From Octopus sinensis (taxonomy: Eukaryota): a stretch of 6,992 nucleotides of DNA. Positions 6,851 to 6,992 of the stretch are shown in pieces. The first letter of the stretch is position 1. Every line of letters begins with the position of its first letter. The translations under genes and the position numbers were made by a program. The stretch covers positions 1 through 6,992 of the forward strand of contig NW_021829119.1 in the NCBI RefSeq assembly GCF_006345805.1, given 5' to 3'. Under the pieces are notes generated by a model, which was not told where the DNA came from, did not search any database, and was given only the letters and a program-made list of their open reading frames with translations.

Positions 6851-6992
6851 ATAGATAAATAGAAAGATAGAGAGACAGACAGACACATATACAGACATAT
6901 ATAAAGAGAGATCGATCGATCGATCGATAGATAGATAGATAGATAGATAGTAGATAGATAGATTGAGTGATAGATAGATAAAGATAGATAGA
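6851..6992. repeat. (GATA)n/(GACA)n/(GATC)n compound tetranucleotide repeat running off the window end
   Basis: GATA units with an internal (GATC)4 block at 6910-6925. Confidence 0.9.

Noticed and set aside
6514-6888. 124-aa minus-strand ORF with a poly-Pro tract
   Set aside because: Built largely from (CT)n, (CA)n and (CCA)n repeats; the splice-like signals favour the + strand.

Overview
AT-rich, microsatellite-dense eukaryotic non-coding DNA (intronic or intergenic). The SINE families and the (TA)n/(CA)n/(GATA)n load point to a coleoid cephalopod (Octopus-like) genome; this is inferred from remembered repeat families, not a database search. No supplied ORF is a convincing gene: most are translations of microsatellites or transposon sequence. 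The window holds six tRNA-derived SINE copies from three families, two with clear target-site duplications (TSDs). It also holds a Tc1/mariner-type MITE, a degenerate ~55-bp minisatellite and many simple repeats. The most interesting object is a ~376-bp GC-rich insert (2203-2578) with an 11-bp TSD and a (CAAGTA)n-type tail. It has no tRNA head and no retrotransposon ORF, and its 5' part resembles RTE/BovB-clade LINE 5' UTRs. That part can fold into a compact multi-stem RNA with a cUUCGg tetraloop and a possible pseudoknot that fits no canonical ribozyme class well. Two weak candidate + strand exons (1887-1992, 6496-6687) and two inverted SINE pairs (possible dsRNA/ADAR substrates) are also noted.
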